A stretch of 64,000 bases of DNA, from assembly GCA_030141605.1 (NCBI GenBank), contig JAQGDQ010000521.1, forward strand, positions 1 to 64,000, read 5' to 3'. Under the pieces are notes generated by a model, which did not search any database, was not told the DNA's origin, and worked only from the letters and a program-made list of their open reading frames with translations. The stretch comes from Tubiluchus corallicola (taxonomy: Eukaryota; Animalia; Priapulida). A program made the translations under genes and the position numbers. Positions 10,456 through 32,300 of the stretch are shown here, piece by piece. The first letter of the stretch is position 1; each line of letters begins with the position of its first letter.

Positions 10456-13190
10456 GCACGTAGAGAAGAGTGCGTACTGCGTACAGTATCTAGAAGCACG
10501 TTGAGAAGAGTGCGTACTGCGTACAGAATCTAGAAGCACGTAGAGAAGAGTGCGTACTGCGTACAGAATCTAGAAGCACGTAGAGAAGAGTGCGTACTGC
10601 GTACAGAATCTAGAAGCACGTAGAGAAGAGTGCGTACTGCGTATAGAATCTAGAAGCACGTAGAGAAGAGTGCGTACTGCGTACAGAATCTAGAAGCACG
10701 TAGAGAAGAGTGTGCACTGCGTACAGAATCTTGAAGCACGTAGAGAAGAGTGCGTACTGCGTACAGAATCTAGAAGCACGTAGAGAAGAGTGCGTACTGC
10801 ATACAGAATCTAGAAGCACGTAGAGAAGAGTGCGTACTGCGTACAGAATCTAGAAGCACGTAGAGAAGAGTGCGTACTGCGTACAGAATCTAGAAACACG
10901 TAGAGAAGAGTGCGTACTGCGTACAGAATCTAGAAACACGTAGAGAAGAGTGTGTACTGCGTACAGAATCTAGAAGCACGTAGAGAAGAGTGCGTACTGC
11001 GTACAGAAGAGTGTGTACTGCGTACAAAATCTAGAAGCACGTAGAGAAGAGTGCGTACTGCGTACAGAAGAGTGTGTACTGCGTACAGTATCTAGAAGCA
11101 CGTAGAGAAGAGTGCGTACTGCGTACAGAATCTAGAAGCACGTAGAGAAGAGTGCGTACTGCGTACAGAATCTAGAAACACGTAGAGAAGAGTGCGTACT
11201 GCGTACAGAATCTAGAAGCACGTAGAGAAGAGTGCGTACTGCGTACAGAATCTAGAAGCACGTAGAGAAGAGTGCGTACTGCGTACAGAATCTAGAAGCA
11301 CGTAGAGAAGAGTGCGTACTGCGTACAGAATCTAGAAGCACGTAGAGAAGAGTGTGCACTGCGTACAGAATCTTGAAGCACGTAGAGAAGAGTGCGTACT
11401 GCGTACAGAATCTAGAAGCACGTAGAGAAGAGTGCGTACTGCGTACAGAATCTAGAAGCACGTAGAGAAGAGTGCGTACTGCATACAGAATCTAGAAGCA
11501 CGTAGAGAAGAGTGCGTACTGCGTACAGAATCTAGAAGCACGTAGAGAAGAGTGCGTACTGCGTACAGAATCTAGAAACACGTAGAGAAGAGTGCGTACT
11601 GCGTACAGAATCTAGAAACACGTAGAGAAGAGGTACTGCGTACAGAATCTAGAAGGTAGAGAAGAGTGATGCGTACAGAATCTAGAAACACGTAGAAGAG
11701 TGGACTGCGTACAGAATCTAGAAGAAGAGTGGTACTGGTCAGAATTAGAAGCACGTAGAGAAGAGTGTACTGCGTACAGAATCTAGAACAGTAGAAGAGA
11801 CTGCAGCACGTAGAGAGAGTGGCACTGCGTACAGAATCTGAAGCACGTAGAGAAGAGTGCGTACTGCGTACAGAATCTAGAAGCACGTAGAGAAGAGTGC
11901 GTACTGCTGGGGGGGGTGGTGGTGGGGTGGTGGGTGGGTGTGTACAGAATCTAGAAGCACGTAGAGAAGAGTGTACTGCGTACAGAATCTAGAAGCACGT
12001 AGAGAAGAGTGCGTACTGCGTACAGAATCTAGAAGCACGTAGAGAAGAGTGCGTACTGCGTACAGAATCAGAAGCACGTAGAGAAGAGTGTGCACTGCGT
12101 ACAGAATCTAGAAGCACGTAGAGAAGAGTGCGTACTGCGTACAGAATCTAGAAGCACGTAGAGAAGAGTGCGTACTGCATACAGAATCTAGAAGCACGTA
12201 GAGAAGAGTGCGTACTGCGTACAGAATCTAGAAGCACGTGGAGAAGAGTGCGTACTGCGTACAGAATCTAGAAACACGTAGAGAAGAGTGCGTACTGCGT
12301 ACAGAATCTAGAAACACGTAGAGAAGAGTGTGTACTGCGTACAGAATCTAGAAGCACGTAGAGAAGAGTGCGTACTGCGTACAGAATCTAGAAACACGTA
12401 GAGAAGAGTGTGCACTGCGTACAGAATCTAGAAGCACGTAGACAAGAGTGCGTACTGCGTACAGAATCTAGAAGCACGTAGAGAAGAGTGCGTACTGCGT
12501 ACAGAATCTAGAAGCACGTAGAGAAGAGTGCGTACTGCGTACAGAATCTAGAAGCACGTAGAGAAGAGTGCGTACTGCGTACAGAATCTAGAAGCACGTA
12601 GAGAAGAGTGCGTACTGCGTACAGAATCTAGAAGCACGTAGAGAAGAGTGTGCACTGCGTACAGAATCTAGAAGCACTTAGAGAAGAGTGCGTACTGCGT
12701 ACAGAATCTAAAAGCACGTAGAGAAGAGTGTGCACTGCGTACAGAATCTAGAAGCACGTAGAGACGAGTTCGTACTGCGTACAGAATCTAGAAGCACGTA
12801 GAGAAGAGTGCGTACTGCGTACAGAATCTAAAAGCACGTAGAGAAGAGTTCGTACTGCGTACAGAATCTAGAAGCACGTAGAGACGAGTTCGTACTGCGT
12901 ACAGAATCTAGAAGCACGTAGAGAAGAGTGAGCACTGCGTACAGAATCTAAAAGCACGTAGAGACGAGTTCGTACTGCGTACAGAATCTAGAAGCACGTA
13001 GAGAAGAGTGCGTACTGCGTACAGAATCTAGAAGCACGTAGAGAAGAGTGCGTACTGCGTACAGAATCTAGAAGCACGTAGAGAAGAGTGCGTACTGCGT
13101 ACAGAGTCTAGAAGCACGTAGAGAAGAGTGCGTACTGCGTACAGAATCTAGAAGCACGTAGAGAAGAGTGCATACTGCGTACAGTATCTA
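10456..13190. repeat. 40-bp minisatellite, ~68 copies
   Basis: Unit TAGAGAAGAGTGCGTACTGCGTACAGAATCTAGAAGCACG. A degraded patch lies at ~11625-11960. Confidence 0.98.
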
Positions 13191-13306
13191 TATTGCAGCT
13201 CTTGGGAGCCACAGCATTAAAAACCATATGTAGGCCTGTGTCAGTAGATTTACACGATACACTGTACTAAAAAGACTACCATCTGCACGCCTGTAAATTT
13301 CCTGTA

Positions 13307-13904
13307 TAGGGGAGACCCGGGTAAAGTAGATCACTTAAGGGTTTTCGCTCATAGAGTTCAAGACGTTTGATCTGTAACAATCAATTACATGCCCTATTCT
13401 TCCGTAGGAAACTCTGCTATATTCATGTGGTAAAAATTTATAATTACTATTACTCGTTTAACAGATAATTCCGAAATACGAAACCAAAATTTCTAGGGCA
13501 AAGTGGATCTTTTAAGGGCATAGTGGATCATACCGGAGCGGTTGAGCTCAACATAACTAACAATATCTTTTAAATTGATTTTGTCTATTTTGCAAAAGTA
13601 AATTGATATGAAGCAGCAGTGAACCATCCATCATATGTAAAAACGGTAGCGAATAAATCTGCACTAATGGGAATTTATCATCATGATCTATAAAAGTGAA
13701 AAATCGCAAGAAAGTGGGTGAAAAACTTATTTTTTTGTACCACGTTTAGACAAACTTTGCAAAGGTCGAGGTCGTATATGCAGAGTACACAGTAGATGAT
13801 GACGTAACATCACACAGTGCGTAGACCGCGACGCCTTACGGAAAAAAGAGCAAACACATTTGATCCGCTTTGCCCAGTGATCCACTTTACCCAGGTCTCC
13901 CCTA
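13307..13904. mobile_element. MITE (~600 bp) with 28-bp TIRs, probably Tc1/pogo-related
   Basis: TAGGGGAGACCCGGGTAAAGTAGATCAC pairs with GTGATCCACTTTACCCAGGTCTCCCCTA. Internal GGCAAAGTGGATC subterminal repeats are present. Confidence 0.85.
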
Positions 13905-13959
13905 CGTGGAGCTGAAACTTCCTTCAGTTGAAAAGCTCAGCCTCTAAATGTGACATAAA

Positions 13960-14400
13960 TATACTCACCAAAACAGTCCCCAAAGAGAGCCGATAGCCAC
14001 TCCATCCTTCTCCACACATATACCAAGTTGTTGAATTAAAAAAAGCATGTTAACACAGCAAAGTTCGAATTGCTTGACAAAGGTCCACTTATCCAGTCTA
14101 CAGCAGAACTGTCAGCATGTATAGCGTTAAAGTAAATGAACTCTATAGGATTAAAACATCTCGGTTACGCCTCTCCTCACATAACCTAGCTATTGAGACC
14201 GGAAGATGGGCAAGGATAGAAAGAGAGGACAGGCTATGCTAAACATTCGAACAGAAGAGCATGTTGTCCGTTTTTGTCCACTTACTAATCACTTTCGTGA
14301 AGATAACACTGAACTGAGCTTCAACGATTTGCATGAATTTTTCAATGGAAACCCAAAGTCAATATTGTGAATTTGTAAATAACTGTTTAGCGATTTTTGG
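13960..14400 (+). mobile_element. 3' remnant of a LINE ORF2 (C-terminal zinc-knuckle region)
   Basis: Translates RIKTSRLRLSSHNLAIETGRWARIEREDRLC*...IRTEEHVVRFCPLTNHFR, the typical RLSSHxLxIETGR...C..C....EEH...CP tail of non-LTR ORF2. The left boundary is approximate. Confidence 0.85.
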
Positions 14401-15058
14401 ACAGTAATGATCATGTTAGGCGATAATAAGTGTGTAGTGAGAAGTTGTAAATAATTCTTCAGTTGTTTTTTGACAGTAATGATCATGTCATTTCATGCTG
14501 GCTCTTTCATGCATCTACTTTTAAAAGTGCCCAGGTTGTAATTTTTATATGCAGTTAACGCTGAATAATAATCTGCTAACTCGGGCTTCGATGATCTGAA
14601 GTTATAAATTTCTTCTCAAATCTGATCAGGTAGCGTTTGCGAACATTAAAGCAGCGTCATATAATCGGCCCAACCTCGTCAGGTTAATTAACTTAATTCG
14701 TCATTTTTGAAGTTAATCAAATAGTTGTTTTTATGTAACTTGCATAGTCATAAACTAAAGTATACTGCTTAGTTTACTGATAGCAAAACGGTTTAATCAG
14801 CAACTCATAGACGTAAGCGTTGTGCATTTCTTCCTGCAACAAACGAAATTGGACTATATATTTCATCTAATTCAGTTGCAATCTCAATCGACAATAATAA
14901 AATCTAGAACCAGGCCAATGTTTCCCGCTAACTAATGAAAAGTTGAGAAATTTTTTCATAACAGTATTAGATGCCTGGTAACACTCAGCTGCGGCTAAAT
15001 GTCCCGAAAGAACAGGCATTAAGTAAAATCTGCAGGCATGTGAAAAAAATCTTGCATG

Positions 15059-15105
15059 CTGATTGGGCAGTGAACGACAATTGATTTACGTTACGCCTGA
15101 CGTCA
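15059..15105 (+). promoter_or_regulatory. Candidate AGA promoter motifs: inverted CCAAT box and full CRE palindrome
   Basis: CTGATTGG at 15059-15066 and TGACGTCA at 15098-15105, ~400 bp upstream of the first recognisable AGA exon. Function is untested. Confidence 0.4.
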
Positions 15106-15510
15106 ATTCCAGCTAGTAACAATAATCAGAGATGCTGTTAGTAAAGTCTCTGACTAAAGCAATATTAGCATTTTGAGTGAGGGCAGCTGCTCGGTTTTTC
15201 GCCACCCTGTCTTTTAGCTGGCAATAATTGCTAATGCTTTGTTACATGTTTGTTGTATGAGACAAAGAAATTCAATTGTTTAAATCAAATGGAACATTCA
15301 TTTGAAAAACGATGCATTGTTAGGAAGATTCTCGGTGCTTAAATCCTTGAACAAATGTGATCAAATGATAAAATTTCCCTTTTTCTTGGAAATATTTCAA
15401 CGAGGATGGAGCAAGAAAAAATTAAAGAAAGTTAACTGGACGATGAGTACAACTATTTAGCACTTTCCATACCCAAGTAATTGCATCCTTTCTCGTATGT
15501 AAAATTTCAG

Positions 15511-24238
<8,728 letters not shown>

Positions 24239-24495
24239 AAATCTATTGCTTACGTTACTGCTGACTTAAATTACATTCAAAAATTATGCCATCCATTCAG
24301 CAGCCAAAGATCAATGATTTCCACGGCATATAAGTAATTATGTGACTTTTGATCTGTAGCTCTGATAGCTGACTCACACTGACACGGTTCATTAAAGGCG
24401 TTTATACGGCTGGTTCGTTGATATCACCCATTTGGGTTCTACTTTTAAGCTCTAGCCGACTTATTTATATAATTGGTATCTTGTCAGTGTGTTAA

Positions 24496-24958
24496 AGGAA
24501 AACCGGACGATTGTGTAAACATTAGTTTAGAATAAAGAATGCTCTAAAATATTGAAAACTACAATAGCTTATTTTAAATCAAAGCTTAGATTAAATAATA
24601 ATTACCTCGGATATTCAAATTTCGTTAAGCTTTCAAAGCTACGCGCAGCTCAGTGAATCTACTAAGATTGACAACGGTGCCTTTTTGTCACGTTCGCGTG
24701 GCCGACAAATAGAAGGCGGTACCGTGATAAGCATGATCATGAACTGCAGTGTTAGTTTCTGACGTCATATGACGTAGAGCCCATTTTTCGTGACATCATG
24801 CGTTTAAGCAGTCCTGTAACACCTATGCAAATGTACTTGACGCACAAGGGAAAACGCCTGCCATTGCACAAACTGTGGTTAGTTTCTGACGTAAGCAATA
24901 ACTGTGTTCGGTTGCCGTTAATTAACTTTCTAAGCTAATTATTCAAATATAAGGAACA
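24496..24958 (+). mobile_element. Truncated TTAA-target MITE (Kolobok-like) in the AGA 3' region
   Basis: Starts TTAA|AGGAAAACCGGACGATTGTGTAAAC. It is the reverse complement of ~28606-29069 and is absent from the paralogous 3' region at 2400-2520. Confidence 0.85.
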
Positions 24959-26671
24959 TATATAAACATCACTAAACCGCAGAAAAAAAACAAAAACACT
25001 CAATTAGCAGTGTGACATCCAGGTGAGATATTTTGGTCAAATTTGTGATTTAAGTAAAATTTCTAGGTAAACCGTCTCGATGTGAAAGGGTTAACAATCA
25101 TATGTGATTAAGAAAATAATGAGTGAGTTCAGTCGATCATTTTGCTAGACAATAGTCAAATATTACACCTGCCGCTAACCCCTATAATGATGCTAATGGA
25201 TTTAGCAAAGATAGGCCCAGTAATTTTTATTTTATTACGTGACGTACATGTATTATACCTTGTTTACCTGTATCTAAATGAACTTTCAAATAAAGGTATT
25301 ATATTTATGTTGTTTTATTATATAATATTATATTATGTTATCTATTAAATATTGACTTTGGTTTCTTTATATTTTTTACTTAGATAACTCATTTATTGAC
25401 CGTTTGTTGTTTAATTACCTGCTGCCTGCTGACAGACTGGCTGATTGAATTTGATCTCATACTCATTTCATACCCAATTTTTACTTCTTGTGTATGCAAT
25501 CTGCAAGCAAACCAAACCAATTACTATCAGAATTAGCATCACGTGATTAGTCCACACTTTTCTCAATATGTACATCGTGTTATATGAAATGCCTAAGATT
25601 TTTATAAAAATCAAAGCCAAAATTTAACGCATCGCCTGTATAGTAACGTAGTAGAAACAGACTGTAGAGTTTAACTTGCAGACTAAAACCTTCATTGTAA
25701 AGCTGATTGCACAGCTGCTTGTGAGCAAAGGCAGAGAGGACACACTTCCGATTTTCTCTAGTTTTTAAAAACCGGCACTAGTATTTATCTCAACAATGTA
25801 TGGCGTTTTTTCTAGGAGTGCAACGAATTTCGCAAATACATATTTCTGTCTACATAATTATGAGCCTGTGCAATATTTAGCAACTTGCTGTCTTTGACGT
25901 AGTATTTTTTTCTATTAATTAAAACCTATTCTATTATGACATTTACTATGTAGTCTTGTCAGTCAATGCATGCATAAGAATTTTCTGGTATTTACTTTTA
26001 ATGTTATTTTGGCAATTGTTAATTTTTGATGTCCTTGCCATGTACTCATGATTATTATAGTACATGCGTATATATGAATATGCTGTTTGGTTGATAAAGC
26101 CCTGCACACCTAAGCATTGGCTCACTTATTATTGCTCTAAGTACAAAAGTGTAACAATGTATTTGAATATTTAGGCCTAGCAATGCGCGCTGTAATTTAA
26201 AACAATAATATTTTAAAATACCTTCTAGTCATAGGCTCGTAGCACTGTTGTCGACAAGCCAGGATCGGTCGCAGATAATGAAGTCTATTTGATACAGTTA
26301 GTTAACACAAGGCAAGGTTTTCCATATTGTTAAATTTTTGTTGCTGCTAATAATTTCAAAAATTTCTCTTTACCAATATTTAAACTCAAGTGTATTTTTT
26401 ATTTGTTATGCCGCGGATCGTTTCAGTATTTAAACGAAAAATAGTAAACGCTGCATGCTGTTATAATTTACAACAAAGTTGGTTATTATGTTGTTTCTAG
26501 GCCTCGGGCCTGTCATCGTGCTGGTGACTTATCCTTTTCTGAAGTGGTTAAATTGCTAAATTGAAAGAGCATGTTGGTGAATTTATATTCTACAGCTATT
26601 TAGATTTGCACACTGTATGCTGTGCTTACAGCTACAAATTTGTATTCTGCAATATTTCTTTCTTGGTTGTG

Positions 26672-26693
26672 ATGGACAATAGAAGTGAAGTTG
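26672..26693 (+). CDS. Candidate first coding exon of RPGRIP1L (MDNRSEV)
   Basis: ATG...GTT G|GTGAGT gives a consensus donor in phase 1, which fits the phase-1 acceptor at 29365. There is no homology support. Confidence 0.4.
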
Positions 26694-28519
26694 GTGAGTA
26701 CTGAGCCAGCATATGAAAATTATGTAAAAATTATATAGGCATTGTCGACCATTAATCACTAGTGATGTAGACGATGTTTAAATTACACTGTCATATACAA
26801 CAATGAGGAAATTTTAGCAGTGGGTGATTACTTACCGAATTTTACTGAATTTAATGTATTACTATTAGTATTACAGCATAAGTTATAAATTAACACTTTA
26901 TTTTTATTACTTGTGTAACAAATGGGATTTAAATCACCTACTAATTTCTAAATTAACTGTGCTTGTGTTGCTTAACTAGAACTGTATGAAACTAAGAATC
27001 AGTAACTTGACTAATGTATTTATTTGACAATCTATGCATGTAATCTGGTGGTGACTATTAATGTGAGGTTGGATGTATATGACGTTACGGCTGCCATGGA
27101 ATTCCGAGATTACAGCTGCAAATTGCCATGCTATCACTTGTTATAGATAAACCAGTTGGTTTTATTTTTTTTAAATACTTAGAATTATGATACTTCTTTG
27201 TTCTCGAATATGGTTATATAGTAGACGCCGTTTATCAGACTCACAGTTAATAGAAACAGTCATTTAATTGAGTAAAAAATGCTGGGTGCAGGCCGCTTCC
27301 ATTTAAATGTATTTTAAAACTGCCAGCACTTGACTCAAATAACTCCACATAATTGCTTCGCGTACTTAAAATACGACACTTGTGTATGACCAAAGAGCTT
27401 CTATTACTTTTATGTCATTTTTATGTCGCTTCTGTGTACTATAATATATTGTGAAGAATCACATTAAGCACCATTTTGTTTTGTAAACAGGCAGTGCTAA
27501 TATGCTAATTTAGTGGTTTGTTTTGAATCTGTCACCCGCTCGTCGCCATTGGCTGCAATTAACTTTGTTGTTTCTGGAAGCTAAATATAATCACTCCCCC
27601 AGTTATTTGCTTTTGATTCTCCCGCTGCTTTTTGCAGGGGAAACTTGATTATCACCAACCGTAGGTCAAGCAGTAGGTGACTAGATGTTTTGAGTGAGTA
27701 ATTCATATGTAGCATACAGCAACAGATTTTCAACATTTTTATAAGTGTGAGAAGTCAATAAACAAATTTCTTCGTGAAGAAATGAAGCAACTGACTTTGC
27801 CCTGATCTTCGTAATTCTTAGTGGTAATAATCAGAATTGTGTTATTTTTTCGTATATTCGTGTAAATGAGTATTCTTAAATAATTGCACATACGAATTAA
27901 TTTATTTCTAAAATTCATTTAAATCCTTTGCAGTGCATACTAAGGTTGTGATGAGTGATAACTCGTACTTTTATAGAAGTAATATACTACAACCATCGGC
28001 CAATAAATTCAGTCTGTTAATTGGGTCAAAATACTTTCATCCCAAAGTGAGTCTTTTAAGTGGTACCTACTGTAATAGAAAGTCAATAAAAATAGCAGGA
28101 AGTTTCACTTAAAGGTGAAATTTGGACCAGGAGGTGACACATTAATTTACTTAGCACTGTGAGAATTTGAACATCCTCATTAGTTGTCCGCACACTGAAA
28201 TACCGCTTAGACGGAAAGCATTTTTCGTCACTTATTTTTCCGAAGCATTTTTGGGCCCACTCATAATTTGGTCGACTGTGCAAGTACTCAGCTACAAATG
28301 TAGCAATGGACTAAATGTCACCTGATTAATACATGCCTACAATGTAAAACTACTCAGCTTCTGAAAATCTGTAAATTGCACTCTGCGATGAAGATTTTGG
28401 ATGTTCGAAGGGATGTATCTAAGAAAACAAATAAGGTGGAAGTAGTTCTGACACTTCCATTATGAAATTGAGGTGCAATTTATCCAGAATGCACATTTTC
28501 AGCTTCATACAGCATTTAA

Positions 28520-29069
28520 AAGAAAACTGGACGATTGTTTAGACTCAATCTCATTTTAATTTACTGTCCAAAATATACATTTTCTTGCCTATAAAAGTTA
28601 ACAATTGTTCCTTATATTTGAATAATTAGCTTAGAAAGTTAATTAACGGCAACCGAACACAGCTATTGCTTACGTCAGAAACTAACCACAGTTTGTGCAA
28701 TGGTAGGCATCTTCCCTTGCACGCCAAGCACATTTGCATAAGTGTTACAGTACTGTTTAAACGCATGATGTCACGAAAAATGGGTTTTACATCATATGAC
28801 GCCATGAAACTAACACAGCAGTTCATGATTATGGTTATCACGGTACCGCCTTCTATTTGTCGGCCACGCGAATGTGACAAAAAGGCGCCGCTGCCAATCT
28901 TAGTAGATTCACTGAGCCGCGCGCAGCTTTGAAAGTTTAACGAAATTTGAGTATCCGAGGTAATTATTATTTAATCTAAGCTTTGATTTAAAATAAGCTA
29001 TTGTAGTTTTCAATATTTTAGAGCATTCTTTATTCTGAACTCGTGTTTATACAATCATCCGGTTTTCCT
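28520..29069 (-). mobile_element. Full-length 550-bp TTAA-target MITE (Kolobok-like)
   Basis: TTAA at 28516-28519 and at 29070-29073. Imperfect ~25-bp TIRs AAGAAAACTGGACGATTGTTTAGAC / GTTTATACAATCATCCGGTTTTCCT. Purine-purine termini with TTAA TSDs fit Kolobok better than piggyBac (CC). Confidence 0.85.
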
Positions 29070-29364
29070 TTAAAACATACAACATTTAAACATGCTAAAA
29101 ATGTAAATTGGGCACCCGCGAGTAAAAATAAATGAACGCTTTGTTTTAAAAAATTAATAAGTCAAGAGCTAGGAGTTCGATTCTAACAGAGCAAGTGTTT
29201 TTAAATAGTTATAGAGCCATCGTGTTTTTGCTTAGTTGGCACTTATAACTTAACGAAGTTCATTGAAATTAAATGTGGCTTCAATTAAGCAGTACACAGA
29301 TTACAGATTTTCTATGTTCAATTGTACATTGCCTATATAGAAATTTGTACTGTTTATTTCTTAG

Positions 29365-32300
29365 ATGTGTTGACTAAGGGTTTAGTCCAACAACGCAGTG
29401 TTGTCACCAAGCTTGACAGAAAGGACTTGGAAGATCGTTTTCTTACTTTGTACGAGGAAAACCTTCTCTTGAAAAAGCATGCTCGTAACCAAGAGGATAA
29501 AATCAAGCGGTTTGTATATTTACGAATGCGTAGCCTATTACATTATCTCTTACATAATCACCAAAACATATCCTATCACTGTTGAACAATAAAATGCAAA
29601 AATCAAAAATTATTTTTTCATTTTAAAATAAATCCGAATCTGTAACCAATTTAAGCAACAGGTTTCCCAGTGTAGAAAACATATTTTACCATTGAAGTAG
29701 CAATATAGCAGAATTAGATATATGATTCGACCCTTTTCCCAATGTGTTATTTGCACCAAGACCTCTCATCTTTAGTTTTAGGTTCACGTGAAATAACTTG
29801 CTTAACAATGAGTCCGCTGTCAGCCTCGTATGTTTAATGTTATGATTTTGTATTAAGCCAAGACAGGCAGAATTATGGCAGTTTTCTTCAACTTAAGCAT
29901 ATATTAAAATTATCGAAACTAGTTAAATTATTTTACGTATTGTTAAATTCTTTTTTTTTGTTTCAATATTTGCATATATGCTGCTTTTCTATCCTTGTAT
30001 GGTTACTATTTTTGTTATATTTTCAACTTTTTGATTTTCTAGTGAGTTTTCATCATTCGTGTGTTATTCCCCAATGCCATGCAGAAGCATAAGCCAATAA
30101 CTTACAGAAAATTCTGTCAAATGCAGTGTGCAGTGTTAGAATCTGATCGTTGTGCTAGTTTGTTAATAAATTTCTAACTATGTTTGTATTTTTCAACGTT
30201 TTTGGTTACTTTCTGGAAATATTTTTGTTTACTTGATGTTTTGTAATGCAAATTGATAGGATGGCCACAAAGTTGTTGCGGTTAGTAAAAGATAGAAAAA
30301 AGATGGATCTGCAAACCGGAAGTGGAGGTGGAAAGAGGGACGTGGAAATGGAAGAACACATAGAAAATCTGCAATCTAAAATTCGTCAGCTGACACAGCA
30401 AAATAATCAGCTAAAAGATAAGGTGTCTATTGTGTTATAATGTTAACTTTAGTTTTAACCTTATCTCTGTATGTTATATTTTTAACTTCCCAGTTCAGTT
30501 TCAGACTCATAAAATTAATGAAATAGATTAAAAGTTAAAGATTAAAGTGTTTTTTTAATTGTTAGTAATTTGATTCCCAACACAAAATTTTAACACTGAA
30601 TAGCAGTAGACTGCTCTTGAATGTGATTAATTGAACATAAATAATTAATTAATTATTAATCACCTCAAAGCATCACTGAAATTAGAAGAATGAAACTGCT
30701 TACATTCATGTACATACTTGATTTGAGCGTAGATTAGATTTATTAGAAAGACTGGATGAGACTTTGGTTGTTCAGTAACTGTGTATATTTAATTCTAATA
30801 GTGGTTGCTTTCGACCTTTTGTTTGGTACATTTGTTTCTAAGTAATCTACCCTATTAAATATTGAAAAGGCGCATACCATTTTTTCAAGAATTACATACC
30901 TGAAAAAACTATTATCATTGAAACATAATTTCACGTTTGTGCTCTAGTTCTTCGCTGTTGCATGTATTTCGACATTCACTAATTAGATGGGCACTAGCGC
31001 CTCTCGGAATTGCACTGCACAAACAACAGGTGCTGTACCTCCCAGTTCAAAGATGTTTAGTCGTGACATAGTGCACATGTTTGAGTGCTCATGCGTGAGC
31101 ACAGCAGTAAACTTGAAATTTGAATTTTAAATTTAAAGTTTGTCGAGTTTTCTAACATCACACTAAATATTATATATTTGCACTGTACTTCAATTTTCAC
31201 TTTCGCACACACGTGCAACACTCTTATAAATTGTTTGTGCTGTCGAAAATTGTGTTCATTTGCGATATAATCACTAGTTTTTAACATATTAATAATTAAT
31301 TATCAGAAACGCTTTCGCATTATTATAGGTTTTAAAATGATTACTTTTTACCATACTTCAGAATGTGGTAGGATGCGAATAATCATCCTGCTTTCCTTTA
31401 AATATGACTTATATTTAGGTGTAAATGACATTAAGCTGGCTTTTAAATTTTTTTAAAGTGACCACTGACCAGTGTATGAAGTATTATTTTTTAATATTAA
31501 CAATACATTTATAATCAGGGTCAGATTATAGGGCATGTGGTACCTAAGCCCAAAAAAAAGATGGGCCTGGACAGATTTTTTTAGGACGGTACGCCAGTCA
31601 ACGAAATTAAGTTTTTAAGTTCATTGTTTCTGAATTACCATTGGAAGGATTTTCAGTAAGCTATTTACTTTGAATGCTGTTAAAATATGTTTTATATTTT
31701 TTCTAGTTGATGGTTGCTAAGCAACAGCTTGACTCAGCTTCTAATCGTGCAACTTTGTACAGTCATCTTCCTGCTAGAGTCAACACGGTAGTCTCTTAAT
31801 TTCAATTCACGATTAGTGTATTAATAATAATGTTTTGCAAATTAGCTTAATTTTTAAACACTATACTTAATGTTTAGTGAGAAAGCCCAGTGGTCCTTAG
31901 GTAAGAAACCACTGTCCAATAAGAGGTAAGCGTCTTGATGATATACCATCTTCATAGCAAAGTAGCAAAGTGGACTACAAAAGACATCCAATGATTTTTA
32001 ATTTTTATCATTAAAATATATTTATTTAGTTTTCAGAAGTCTATGCCTATTAAAGCTAAGACGAAAGAGATGTTAGTTTGAGAATTTGGGGCATTTTTGA
32101 GTTTCTATAAGTATGTAAATGTTACTAAATTAGATAACTACTCCATGCATTTTCAACTGTGATGTGTTTTTGCAGGGACGAGCAAAAGCTCCATTGCAGC
32201 CTCGTTTGCTGAAAGGGATGCGAGTAGCTGGCAAGCATCATAAACCAGTGAGACGTTCACCATCACCTGTCTTGTCTAAATATGGTGAAACGGATGCGGT

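Noticed and set aside
15433-15480. TAA reassignment (alternative genetic code) to explain the in-frame stops before AGA
   Set aside because: No internal TAA or TAG occurs in the ~1700 codons of AGA and RPGRIP1L exons, so the standard code fits.
25539-25546. TCACGTGA CLEAR/E-box as a lysosomal regulatory element
   Set aside because: It is downstream of AGA, single, and an 8-mer expected by chance.
28626-28932. Overlapping 84/88-aa ORFs
   Set aside because: They lie inside the Kolobok-like MITE, show no transposase motif, and are broken in the sister copy.
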